From an uncultured Eubacteriales bacterium (GTDB lineage: Bacteria > Bacillota > Clostridia > TANB77 > CAG-508): a stretch of 64,000 bases of DNA. Every line of letters starts with the position of its first letter. Position 1 is the stretch's first letter. Position numbers and translations under genes: made by a program. Under the pieces are notes generated by a model, which was not told where the DNA came from, searched no databases, and was given only the letters and a program-made list of their open reading frames with translations. This document shows, in pieces, positions 29,150 through 37,917 of the stretch. The stretch spans positions 1,822 through 65,821 of the forward strand of contig CAOJUE010000008.1 in assembly GCA_948443845.1 (NCBI GenBank), in the 5' to 3' direction.

Positions 29150-30997
29150 TTAATCCATAGTCTGAAATTCTTGTTTTAGCCTTACATAACCTAATTCTTC
29201 CCAAAAATTATAGGCCAGATTTAAGCGAAACAATAATTTTGGTTTGGCACCAGCTCTGTTTTTGTCGACAACGCATGAATAGTAGCGCACATCTGGATCA
29301 TCAAAACTTTCCAAATCCACATATTCTTTTGCTTCTTCAATGGGTGAATATTCGTATTTAGAAAGTGTTTGTGGATTGATTTGTTTAATCAAGCAAAGTG
29401 TATCCAAAACTTCTTTTACGGTTCGGCTAGCCGACATATCGTTAATGGTTAAATTAACGGGCAATGTGCTACTTTCTAATAATTGCATGGATGAGCCAAT
29501 AAAAATCTCAAATTTTTGCGCTAAGTTAGACAAAATTGTTGCCGTCTTTTTGACTTCCTCACCGTTTCCAATATTTTCTGTGTCTGCTTTTAAGGTATCG
29601 TAAAAAATATATTCGATGTTTTCTCTGTAGTAATAGTTCATAATTATTTTGCGAATATCGTCATTTGTGTGTTCTGTGATATGGATAAAATAGATGGAAT
29701 TATCGATTTGGTTATTGAGCCATTCAGTTGTTGCAATTGTTTGTTTAAATTCGGTAGAAATTTCGTTTAACCTTTGGACAAAATCGTCCATGGATTCGTT
29801 TTCTTCCCTTAAAATAAATCCCTTATCGTCTAATTTGACACCTTTTTTCTTATCTGGTCTAAACTTTAATTCTAGTAATTCCCCTTCTGTTTTGTGTAAA
29901 TCTTGTCCATGCAAATTTTGATATGCTTTATTATTTAAAATCGTTGTAATTAAGCAAAGTTTCATTTTTTCAACGGACATTTCGTTGGAAATAATGAGTA
30001 CTTTTTTCTTTTCTACAAATGCCAAATAACTTGCAATATTGATTGTAAACCTACTCTTACCAGAGTTAGAAGGCATTGCATATACAAATGTTTCCCCTTT
30101 TCGAATTCCTTTAAATACACTACTTAAAATTGGAAAAGGCAGAGCAGCACCTGTTGCTAATGTACTTTCATCGTTTAGTAGAAAACGAGTGGTATCATCA
30201 TTTAATCTACCTTGACTCAGTCCACTTGTAACACCAATTTGCTCAATCGCGCTTTCAACTTCTTCTACAGTCATTTCATCATATAATTCATAATTGATGA
30301 TATTTAAAATGTTTTCTCGAATGATTTTGGTTGGTGCTAATAAATAATTTTTCTTGAGGATAAATAATTTTTTTAGCATGGTATAAATGACTTCGATGTC
30401 GTAATTTCTTTCGCTTGCCATTTCTTGCAATTGCACTTTTAGGCTATAACTTTCTTTGGCTTCTAAAGGAAGCTTGAAACCTTCTTTGGCGATGGCTGGA
30501 GCATATTGCTCGGATTCACGAAAGATAATAATTCGGTACATATTATCTAATTCTTTGTCTGAAAAATGGCAATCTTCGAATTGGAAATAATAGCGGGAAA
30601 TTGCTTTTGGGTTATTAAGTAGCAAACCTAAAAAGATGTATTCTGCTTTTAGGCTAGATAATTTTTCTAGATCAATTTGCTCGGGAGTTTTTACTGGTTG
30701 TTGTTGGTTTTCTTCTAGCTCTACTTGTTCTGCCTCCTTATCTTCGGTGTCTTCAATATCCTCATATTCCTCGTCGTCTTCTAGCTCTTCGTATTCTTCG
30801 CCATCTTCTAATTCTTCATATTCTTCGCCATCTTCTAATTCTTCATATTCTTCGCCATCTTCTAGTTCTTCGTATTCTTCGTCGTCTTCTAATTCTTCAT
30901 ATTCTTCGCCATCTTCTAGCTCTTCGTATTCTTCGCTGTCTTCTAGTTCTTCAAAGTCCTCTAATTCTTCTAACTCTTTCTCATTTGGGAAATCCAT
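29150..30997 (-). CDS. divergent DnaB-family helicase-like protein with polyacidic N-terminal repeat
   Basis: 615 aa. Residues about 10-85 are EEYEELEDG repeats. It also has a DnaB-N-like LGLLLNNPKAI segment and a C-terminal RecA-like core (FVYAMPSNSGKSRFTINIASYL, LIISNEMS). Confidence 0.7.
   Translation of the reverse strand: MDFPNEKELEELEDFEELEDSEEYEELEDGEEYEELEDDEEYEELEDGEEYEELEDGEEYEELEDGEEYEELEDDEEYEDIEDTEDKEAEQVELEENQQQPVKTPEQIDLEKLSSLKAEYIFLGLLLNNPKAISRYYFQFEDCHFSDKELDNMYRIIIFRESEQYAPAIAKEGFKLPLEAKESYSLKVQLQEMASERNYDIEVIYTMLKKLFILKKNYLLAPTKIIRENILNIINYELYDEMTVEEVESAIEQIGVTSGLSQGRLNDDTTRFLLNDESTLATGAALPFPILSSVFKGIRKGETFVYAMPSNSGKSRFTINIASYLAFVEKKKVLIISNEMSVEKMKLCLITTILNNKAYQNLHGQDLHKTEGELLELKFRPDKKKGVKLDDKGFILREENESMDDFVQRLNEISTEFKQTIATTEWLNNQIDNSIYFIHITEHTNDDIRKIIMNYYYRENIEYIFYDTLKADTENIGNGEEVKKTATILSNLAQKFEIFIGSSMQLLESSTLPVNLTINDMSASRTVKEVLDTLCLIKQINPQTLSKYEYSPIEEAKEYVDLESFDDPDVRYYSCVVDKNRAGAKPKLLFRLNLAYNFWEELGYVRLKQEFQTMD
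30745..30970. repeat. 27-bp tandem repeat, about 8 copies, coding (EEYEELEDG)n
   Basis: Plus strand reads CTTCATATTCTTCGCCATCTTCTAATT-like units in direct succession. Confidence 0.9.
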
Positions 30998-31259
30998 TCT
31001 TCTCCTCCTATCTTTTGTATTTCTTTGTTCAGATTATATCGATGATTGCCATTTTTGTCAACAAAAAATATTTTCTATTTAGGAAAACAAATAAAAACCA
31101 CGTTTACTAAAGACAAAATATCGGAAACTCAGAACAGTAAGACAATCATTCTAAATCTTGTTACCTTTACTCTGACTTGTGCCTAACAAATTTTTTTAAA
31201 TTGTGAATTGTTAATCTTGTTTATTTTTTGAAAATTTGTTATATTTATAAAAAAATATC

Positions 31260-31288
31260 TTGACAGTCTTGAAATAATGCGTTATAAT
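31260..31288 (+). promoter_or_regulatory. consensus sigma-A promoter upstream of tRNA-Pro
   Basis: TTGACA (31260-31265), 17-nt spacer, TATAAT (31283-31288). Confidence 0.6.
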
Positions 31289-31426
31289 AATATTGTTTTG
31301 TGAGTAAATAAAAATAAAATATGGAGTATTATTGGCATTTAATGACTTCTTTTCAATAGGTATTTCTGTTATTCGGCTCAAAATTTTATGGTTTATATAA
31401 AACAAAACTTTGTAATAATTTATTTA

Positions 31427-31502
31427 TCGAGGTGTAGCGCAGTTGGTAGCGCGCGTGGTTTGGGACCATGAGGTCGCAGGTTCGATCCCTGTCACCTCGA
31501 CC
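31427..31502 (+). tRNA. tRNA-Pro (anticodon UGG), CCA encoded
   Basis: Hand-folded 76-nt cloverleaf: acceptor CGAGGTG/CACCTCG, D arm GCGC-AGTTGGTA-GCGC, anticodon arm CGTGG-TTTGGGA-CCATG, T arm GCAGG-TTCGATC-CCTGT, then ACCA. Confidence 0.92.
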
Positions 31503-31761
31503 ATTTTTTGCCCTTTTTTAGGGAAATTTAAAAGAATTTATAAAAATTCAAAACTTACAAATTATGCTATTTTTCAATAGAAATTGAAAATAGCATAATT
31601 TTTTTGCGTTCTGAAAAATTCCTAAAAATATGTCTATTTCTTTCAAGAAAAAGTTTCTGTAAAATTTTACAAAAATTTCTGTAATTTTCTGTAAAACGTT
31701 TTTCCTGAAATTTCAATCATTTTAAAGTTCTTCAAATAAAACTGAAAGGAGAACTGATTTT

Positions 31762-32307
31762 ATGGACTTTATCCCCTACAAATCTAACGAATGTTTTGAA
31801 CATTTATATTATCAAATACCAATGGAGTTGTTTTTCAATCCAAAATATAAAAATAAACTTAATTCGGATAGTAAAATTCTATATGGATTTCTGCTAAACC
31901 GATTAACCCTATCTGCTAAAAATCATTGGTGTGATGAAAATGGCAATGTTTATCTTATTTTCACTCGAAAAGAAGTGCAGGAACTGCTGAATTTATCAGA
32001 TAAAACTGCAACAAAAGCGTTTAAACAATTAAGTGAATGCAAGTTGATATATGAGAAAAAACAAGGTTCTGCAAAACCAAACTTAATTTATGTTGGGAAA
32101 ATACAACATGATGAAAATTTTACAAAGCTGATTCGTAAAAATTACGATTCAAGAGTCGTAAAATCTACGATTCATGAACCGGAAAATTTACGACCAAGTA
32201 ATAACTATAATAATTATATTAATAAAGGAAATAAGCAACATAAATTTTCAAACTTTGAAGAAAGTAATTACAGTAATATTGACTGGAATTTACTATATGA
32301 TAATTAA
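31762..32307 (+). CDS. replication initiator protein A, RepA_N family
   Basis: FEHLYYQIPMELFFNPKYKNKLNSDSKILYGFLLNRLTLSAKNHWCDENGNVYLIFTRKEVQELL is the RepA_N pattern of Firmicutes plasmids and integrative elements. Confidence 0.8.
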   Translation: MDFIPYKSNECFEHLYYQIPMELFFNPKYKNKLNSDSKILYGFLLNRLTLSAKNHWCDENGNVYLIFTRKEVQELLNLSDKTATKAFKQLSECKLIYEKKQGSAKPNLIYVGKIQHDENFTKLIRKNYDSRVVKSTIHEPENLRPSNNYNNYINKGNKQHKFSNFEESNYSNIDWNLLYDN

Positions 32308-32329
32308 AATTTAAAGGAGATTTAGAATT

Positions 32330-32707
32330 ATGAATGATAGAAAAGTAAATGAAAATGGAATTGAATATATAAAAGTTGGTGATTATTATATGCCGAACTT
32401 AAAAGCACCAGAAGATGTAAAAATTTCTAAATTAGGTAAATATGGAAGACTGAGATTACGTTATCTTAAAGAAAATAAAAAGGCTGAATATACGATTTTA
32501 TTTATGGATAATAAATTACAAAATCACCTGATAGAAATAGACAAAATAGCAAATAAAAGATTGGATTTGCTAATGAAACAACTAACTGAAAAAGAACATA
32601 TTACAGAAGAATTAAAGGCAGAAAATCAGCTAGAATGGGTCGGTAAGATGAATAATATTAAAAATTGTGCTGAAGAAATGATACTAAAAGAATTAATTTA
32701 TGTGTAA
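32330..32707 (+). CDS. TnpV-like transposon-associated protein
   Basis: GIEYIKVGDYYMPNLKAPED...LGKYGRLRLRYLKENKKAEY...NHLIEIDK is the TnpV family pattern. Confidence 0.7.
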   Translation: MNDRKVNENGIEYIKVGDYYMPNLKAPEDVKISKLGKYGRLRLRYLKENKKAEYTILFMDNKLQNHLIEIDKIANKRLDLLMKQLTEKEHITEELKAENQLEWVGKMNNIKNCAEEMILKELIYV

Positions 32708-32721
32708 AGTGAGGTAAAAAT

Positions 32722-33042
32722 ATGGAAGATTATGAATTGTTTAATTTAGATTCTACGGAGTTATATGAATGCATTAGTAGTGCAAAAATAAAATTAAAAA
32801 ATACGAATGCTAATTATAAAGAATTATATAGAAAGCTTGAGAAAATTAAAGATAAATTCCCTAATATTCGTGGTATTTTAGAAGATGAACAGCATTCTGA
32901 ATTGACATTAGAAGAAAGCGAAAATCTGCTAAAAGCTATCAATTTATATCGTAATATTTTGCAAATGGAAGAACATGAAATTTTCTTTTTAGGTGGCAAA
33001 GAAACCTATAATTTCTTTAAGAAAATTGACATTTTAAAATAA
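32722..33042 (+). CDS. hypothetical protein
   Basis: 106-aa ORF with a good SD (GAGGTAAAAATATG). Confidence 0.5.
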   Translation: MEDYELFNLDSTELYECISSAKIKLKNTNANYKELYRKLEKIKDKFPNIRGILEDEQHSELTLEESENLLKAINLYRNILQMEEHEIFFLGGKETYNFFKKIDILK

Positions 33043-33103
33043 AAAAATGGTTGAAAAAGATACAAGTTTTATACAATTTGTATCTTCTTTCAGGCAGTAT
33101 TAT

Positions 33104-33201
33104 GAAAGATTTTGAGAGAGTACTCTTGAAAAATCTTGAATAGAGCAAGCAACGTATTTGTACTCACGTTACAAATACACCTATTGAATGGGACAAGTCC
33201 C
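33104..33201 (+). promoter_or_regulatory. candidate oriT of element 1 (cluster of inverted repeats upstream of mobC)
   Basis: AAGATTTT...AGAGTACTCT...AAAATCTT (33106-33137), GTATTTGTA-CTCACGT-TACAAATAC (33154-33178), GGGACAAGTCCC (33190-33201). Confidence 0.4.
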
Positions 33202-33241
33202 AAACCCTTTTAAAATTTTTATAGAAAGTGAGAGAAAATTT

Positions 33242-33631
33242 ATGAGAAAAAGAAACTTAAAAGTTAATGTATTTTTGAATCCAGATGAGAAAAAAATTTT
33301 TGAAGAAAAAGCAAAAAAATCTGGTTTGAATCAATCTGAATTTTTCAGAAAAATAATTTCAGATTATCAGTTAAAAGAGCAACCTGATGAAAGATTTTAT
33401 GAGGTACTTTTTCAATTAAGAGGAATGGCAAATAATTTAAATCAAATGGCAAGAGTTTATAATCGAAATCAAGGTTATGTGAAAGATTACAAAATTGTTC
33501 CGTTGTTTGAAGAAGTTAGAGATTTGGTTTTGAGTTTGCAAGAAGTTTATATCTTGCCTCAAAAGAAAGGAGCTCAAGTTGGCAACAACAAAACTTTGGA
33601 AATTCAAGAGCAGATTAGACAGGTTAATTGA
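33242..33631 (+). CDS. mobC: MobC-family relaxosome accessory protein
   Basis: VFLNPDEKKIFEEKAKKSGLNQSEFFRKII...LRGMANNLNQMARVYN is the typical MobC pattern. Start taken at MRKRNLK. Confidence 0.85.
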   Translation: MRKRNLKVNVFLNPDEKKIFEEKAKKSGLNQSEFFRKIISDYQLKEQPDERFYEVLFQLRGMANNLNQMARVYNRNQGYVKDYKIVPLFEEVRDLVLSLQEVYILPQKKGAQVGNNKTLEIQEQIRQVN

Positions 33632-34847
33632 TTATACAATGAATGGAGAAAAAACAAAAAATAAATTGTTTGTATCAGGTATCAATTGTATGCCTGATAC
33701 AGCCTTTCTTGAAATGACTAACGTTAAGAAACAATTTTTCAAAACTGGTGGAATTGAATGCTTTCATGGTTATCAATCTTTTGTTGAAAGAGAAGTTACA
33801 CCAGAACAGGCTCACGAAATTGGAGTAAAACTTGCTGAAGAATTATGGGGAGATAAATTTCAAATTGTAGTTTCAACGCATATAAATACAGACAATATTC
33901 ATAATCATTTTGTGCTTAATTCAGTGTCTTTCTTAGATGGAAAACGATTTTGTAATACAAAGAAAGATTATGCGTTAATGAGAAAGACTTCTGATAAATT
34001 ATGCAGTGAATATGGATTAAGTATTTTAAAGCAAGAAGAAAAATATGATAAATACGCTACAAGCAGTTTATATAAGGAATTAATGAAAGATTCTATTGAT
34101 TATGCAATTGCAAGTAGCAAAAATTATAATGAGTTTATTAAAATACTTGAAGATTTGGATTACATTGTTACTGATAAAAACAATTCTCTATCTGTAAGAC
34201 GTGAACCTTACAAAAGAAATACAAGAATTGAAAGGCAGTTTGGAAAACATTATTCGAAGGAAAATATTTATAAAAGAATTTTGGAAACACAAACGAGTTT
34301 TCCTTATTCTCCTGAACCCTATTTGTTGATGAATAGAACTCGTGAAAATTACGAAAAACTTAATCCGAAAAAAGGCTCTTTGGCTTGGTTATTTTTGCAT
34401 TATATAAAATTACTCCACCCTCATACAGAAAATGTCTTAAAAACCAATTTTACAAGAATGACACCTATTTTATTGCATGCAATAAAAGAAATGAATGAGT
34501 TTTCTGAACGTGTGAGATTTTTATGTAAGTATAACTTGGAAACTGATGCAGATGTAATGGAATTTAAAAAGTCGGCTTATCAGAGGTTAGCACCTTTAAA
34601 AAGTGAAAGAGAAAATCTTTGGAGAAAGCATAAGCGAGCAAAAACTGATAATGATAAGAAAGTAATTGAAGAAAAAATTGTTGATATTTCGAAACAGATT
34701 AGTCCTATTGATGAAGAAATAGGGATTTGTAATAATATTTTAAACCGTGTTGAAAAAATTAAAAAGTTTGAACTTCATCAGAAGTTAGAGCAAGAAAAGC
34801 AAGATTTTGAAAATAAGCCAAAGAAAATGAGAAATAAAATCAGATAA
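33579..34847 (+). CDS. relaxase/mobilization nuclease (MobA/VirD2 family)
   Basis: TTG start 6 nt after AAGGAG. MATTKLWKFKSRLDRLIDYTMNGEKT N-terminus and the STHINTDNIHNHFVLNSVSF histidine triad. Confidence 0.88.
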   Translation: MATTKLWKFKSRLDRLIDYTMNGEKTKNKLFVSGINCMPDTAFLEMTNVKKQFFKTGGIECFHGYQSFVEREVTPEQAHEIGVKLAEELWGDKFQIVVSTHINTDNIHNHFVLNSVSFLDGKRFCNTKKDYALMRKTSDKLCSEYGLSILKQEEKYDKYATSSLYKELMKDSIDYAIASSKNYNEFIKILEDLDYIVTDKNNSLSVRREPYKRNTRIERQFGKHYSKENIYKRILETQTSFPYSPEPYLLMNRTRENYEKLNPKKGSLAWLFLHYIKLLHPHTENVLKTNFTRMTPILLHAIKEMNEFSERVRFLCKYNLETDADVMEFKKSAYQRLAPLKSERENLWRKHKRAKTDNDKKVIEEKIVDISKQISPIDEEIGICNNILNRVEKIKKFELHQKLEQEKQDFENKPKKMRNKIR

Positions 34848-34875
34848 TAAATTAAAGAAGCATTTAATTGCTTCT

Positions 34876-35859
34876 TTAATTTATAAAAGGTTCTAAAAAA
34901 GTAATAATTGCTGTTATATTAGCTCCTATTTCCATAAGTTTTGGTACTAAATTTATACTTTGCTTTAATCCTTCCGTAAAAGATTTTAAAATCCCTTTTC
35001 TAGGTTTATCACGATTTAATTCTTCTTTTATTCCATCAACATTATCAAGAATTTCATTTTTTACACTTTCATCAATATCATTATTTTCTAATATTTCTTT
35101 TAATTCTTCAATTAGTTTATCTAATTCCGATGTATTATTAATTTGAGATGCAGTTAAGATTGCATTATCTTTTGCGATATTAACTTGATTTCCATTTATG
35201 TATACAACATTTGGATTGATCTCTTTATATTTTTGTTCACGTTCAAAATAACTTCTTCCTGCTTGAGTTAAAGTAGCATAATAAACTGTATCACTTCCCC
35301 AAACAACTTTAATTAATCCATTTGAATCAAGTGTTCCAATTATTCCTCTGAAAATATCTTTCAAATCGTTATCAACTTTGTCTTTTAAAAAATTGGTAAC
35401 ATCACCATTTTCATTATCTATCTTCAATATCTCTCTTAACAATTCTTTCTCACTACTTACTAATTCCTCAAACAACTCTGTTCTTCTTCCTTTCTTATCA
35501 AAATATTCCAAAGCTTCTGGGGTTAAAGTTACACTCCACCCGCCATCAATAAATAATAAATAGTTGGAAATATAATCATATAATTCTAAACTTTCCATTG
35601 TATCTTTTATAGAAAGTCTCATACGTTCAGGAAATTCATCATATGAACCATCTATACAATAATCTTTTATTTCGTCATATTTTCTTAAAAATACTTTTAA
35701 CATTTCTTCTGCATTTTTATTTAAAATATTCATTTTGCCCCTTTCTTTATCCTTTTCAATAATCAGTCTTTTTTGTTCTTTCTTAACAATATCACTAATT
35801 TGTTTATTTAAATCTTTCTCTAATTTTTTCATATTAAATTCTATTTTAAATTTTGCCAT
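34876..35859 (-). CDS. hypothetical protein (cargo), no recognisable domain
   Basis: 327-aa ORF. Two similar segments (LTPEALEYFDKKG and LTQAGRSYFEREQ) and a hydrophobic C-terminal tail. An alternative start is at MNILNKN. Confidence 0.6.
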   Translation of the reverse strand: MAKFKIEFNMKKLEKDLNKQISDIVKKEQKRLIIEKDKERGKMNILNKNAEEMLKVFLRKYDEIKDYCIDGSYDEFPERMRLSIKDTMESLELYDYISNYLLFIDGGWSVTLTPEALEYFDKKGRRTELFEELVSSEKELLREILKIDNENGDVTNFLKDKVDNDLKDIFRGIIGTLDSNGLIKVVWGSDTVYYATLTQAGRSYFEREQKYKEINPNVVYINGNQVNIAKDNAILTASQINNTSELDKLIEELKEILENNDIDESVKNEILDNVDGIKEELNRDKPRKGILKSFTEGLKQSINLVPKLMEIGANITAIITFLEPFIN

Positions 35860-36025
35860 TTAACTCCCCTTAATTATTAAGTTTTAATATATTTGCATTA
35901 ACTTAACTACAAAATGTAATTTACTCTTTTAGTAATCATTATAATATCACAAGAATAATCATTTTTCAACAATTTTCTCTAAATATTATACTTCTTGCAA
36001 AATTTCTCTACAATATCATCAATAC

Positions 36026-36256
36026 TCAATTCACTATATAAAAAAATTCACTTATTTCATCAACTTCTTTTTCATCTTCAATTCCCAATTCTTCTGCAAT
36101 ATCATAAACTGGAGAACATACTGCAGGCGATATATCAATATTAAATAAATCCTTATTTTCATTGATTAATTCCATAAAACTTTCTTCTTGTCGATTTTTC
36201 TCGATCACATAATTCAATAAAATCTTTATTATTTTTAATCTTCTATCGTTTTCCAT
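36026..36256 (-). CDS. hypothetical small acidic protein
   Basis: 76-aa ORF divergent from the XRE gene. Confidence 0.45.
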   Translation of the reverse strand: MENDRRLKIIKILLNYVIEKNRQEESFMELINENKDLFNIDISPAVCSPVYDIAEELGIEDEKEVDEISEFFYIVN

Positions 36257-36358
36257 TCTATATCTCCTTTTAAAATCTGTTTTGACATATACTTAGTGTC
36301 ATATTATCACAAAGCACAGGGTAAAATCAATATAAATTAGTAAAAAGGTGGTAAATTT

Positions 36359-36622
36359 ATGGCTGTTAGAAGATTAAATAATAATTTGAATGTAATTGCT
36401 GAAAATTTAAGATATTATAGAAAATCAAAACATTTATCACAAGCAGATTTGACAAGAGAACTTAATTTACTTGGAATCAATATGCACAAAAATGATATTT
36501 TTCTCATTGAAGCTAACAAAAGAACTGTAAAAGATTATGAATTATGGGGATTTATTAAGGTTTTAGGCATTAATTATGACGATTTATTTAAAGGTATTGA
36601 AAACAAGTTAGAAAATTTCTAA
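36359..36622 (+). CDS. XRE-family helix-turn-helix transcriptional regulator
   Basis: IAENLRYYRKSKHLSQADLTRELNLLGINMHKNDIFLIEANKR. Confidence 0.8.
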   Translation: MAVRRLNNNLNVIAENLRYYRKSKHLSQADLTRELNLLGINMHKNDIFLIEANKRTVKDYELWGFIKVLGINYDDLFKGIENKLENF

Positions 36623-36697
36623 AAATATATTGACTTTTTTTAATTATAAATGTACAATATAATTGACAAAAGTTAAGAATTCATGTATAATAATATT

Positions 36698-36826
36698 GTA
36701 TAATGTATAAATAATTACATATAATTAGATTATAAATATCTTATGATATTTTAATATAAAAGCTCTGTTAATCCGTTTTAACGGCTACGATTTATTCGCG
36801 GTCTAGGATTAACGGAGCTTTATTTT
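36698..36826 (+). ncRNA. candidate small RNA (promoter-to-terminator unit without an ORF)
   Basis: Two tandem promoters: TTGACT-17-TACAAT at 36630-36658 and TTGACA-17-TATAAT at 36663-36691. An AT-rich leader follows, then the long hairpin GCTCTGTTAATCC...GGATTAACGGAGC and TTTATTTT. Confidence 0.4.
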
Positions 36827-36827
36827 A

Positions 36828-37685
36828 TCAATTATTGTCTTTTTTATTTCCCCTTTTAGTAAGAGATTTATCAAAATGAGAATACCTAGAGATAAAGTTC
36901 CAATGTCTATATTGATGTTTCCATATATTCGTTATATCTCCATCATTACTTGTATTCATACCAACATTAAAACCTGGTCTAATATCTCTAATATTTTTAT
37001 TAATAATTTTATATAATTTATCTTTTGCTATAGTTCTTTTGGATCTTTTTCCAGTATCAGCATCTTTAAGTTTATGAAAATCATTTAATCTAAAATTCAT
37101 TGCTCCTAGAATAATATCCATACATTGCTGAATAACATGTTTTTTAGAGTCTATTTCTACGATTTCAATTATCTCAATGTTGCTTTGTTTTAATTCATAA
37201 TTGTATCTATACAAACTATTTTTTAAACTTGTCTTCTGATATTCACTACATGGTAAATCATCTAAATATAATGAAAAATTCACCTTATTTTTAAATGGTG
37301 TAGGATTACTAAATTTTAATCCAAAGGCATCTTTTAAGAAATAATAATACAAAATACTATACTCATTATCAGTATGTTCTTTGGACAAACCTTCTGATAC
37401 ATAAGCATTTTGACCAAACATAACTCTAAACTTTATTTTTCCTGATTTAATAAAAGAAAAAAATAAATTTATTATATCTATGTATTTATCTAAATAATTT
37501 GCGGTAACTTTAGTCCACTTTATCTCGCCATTAAGATTTAATTCTGCTTTTTTATCATTTAGAGCTTTTTCTATAGTTTGTACATCAGCAACTTTTACTA
37601 AAGCACCGACCATAAAAATTACTATAATATGTACCATCACTTACAGATTCATCTGCGTAAATTCTATATGTTATTTCTTGCACTG
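36828..37685 (-). pseudogene. DUF3800-family protein gene, interrupted by a 1-nt frameshift near 37607
   Basis: GTG start 6 nt after AGGAGA. VQEITYRIYADESVSDGTYYSNFYG, then a frame change, then ALVKVADVQTIEKAL...EIKWTKV. Removing one nt restores FYGGALVKV. Confidence 0.65.
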
Positions 37686-37917
37686 CTATCTCTCCTATGT
37701 TTTTAATTATAAGTATTTTATCACATTTATATGGTAAAGTAAAGATTCTTTTATTGAAACTTTTGTAAATATTCCTATTCCGAAAAATCAAGATTTTTTC
37801 ATTTTTTCGGAATAAAAAATTATAATATAATTTCATTCTAAAAAATTCATATACATTTTTAACTAAAATGTTCCATAAGTTAATTGTAATGGAGTGTCTT
37901 TGATTATTTTATAATAT

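Noticed and set aside
30745-30970. Regular 27-bp tandem repeat that could be mistaken for a CRISPR-like or minisatellite array
   Set aside because: The units are contiguous without spacers, in frame, and encode the EEYEELEDG repeat of the 615-aa DnaB-like protein. It is a coding repeat, not a CRISPR array.
30636-31082. 148-aa plus-strand ORF rich in Ser (SSSSYSS...)
   Set aside because: It is the antisense reading of the acidic repeat (GAA/GAG read backwards gives TTC/CTC), and it runs into the upstream non-coding region. Composition artefact.
31211-31405. 64-aa minus-strand ORF between the DnaB-like gene and tRNA-Pro
   Set aside because: It overlaps the consensus promoter and leader of the tRNA, has an extremely AT-rich translation and has no SD.
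37585-37836. 83-aa ORF annotated separately in the ORF track
   Set aside because: Only its last ~33 codons (from the GTG at 37683-37685) make sense. They form the N-terminus (IYADES motif) of the frameshifted DUF3800 gene, so it was merged into one pseudogene call.
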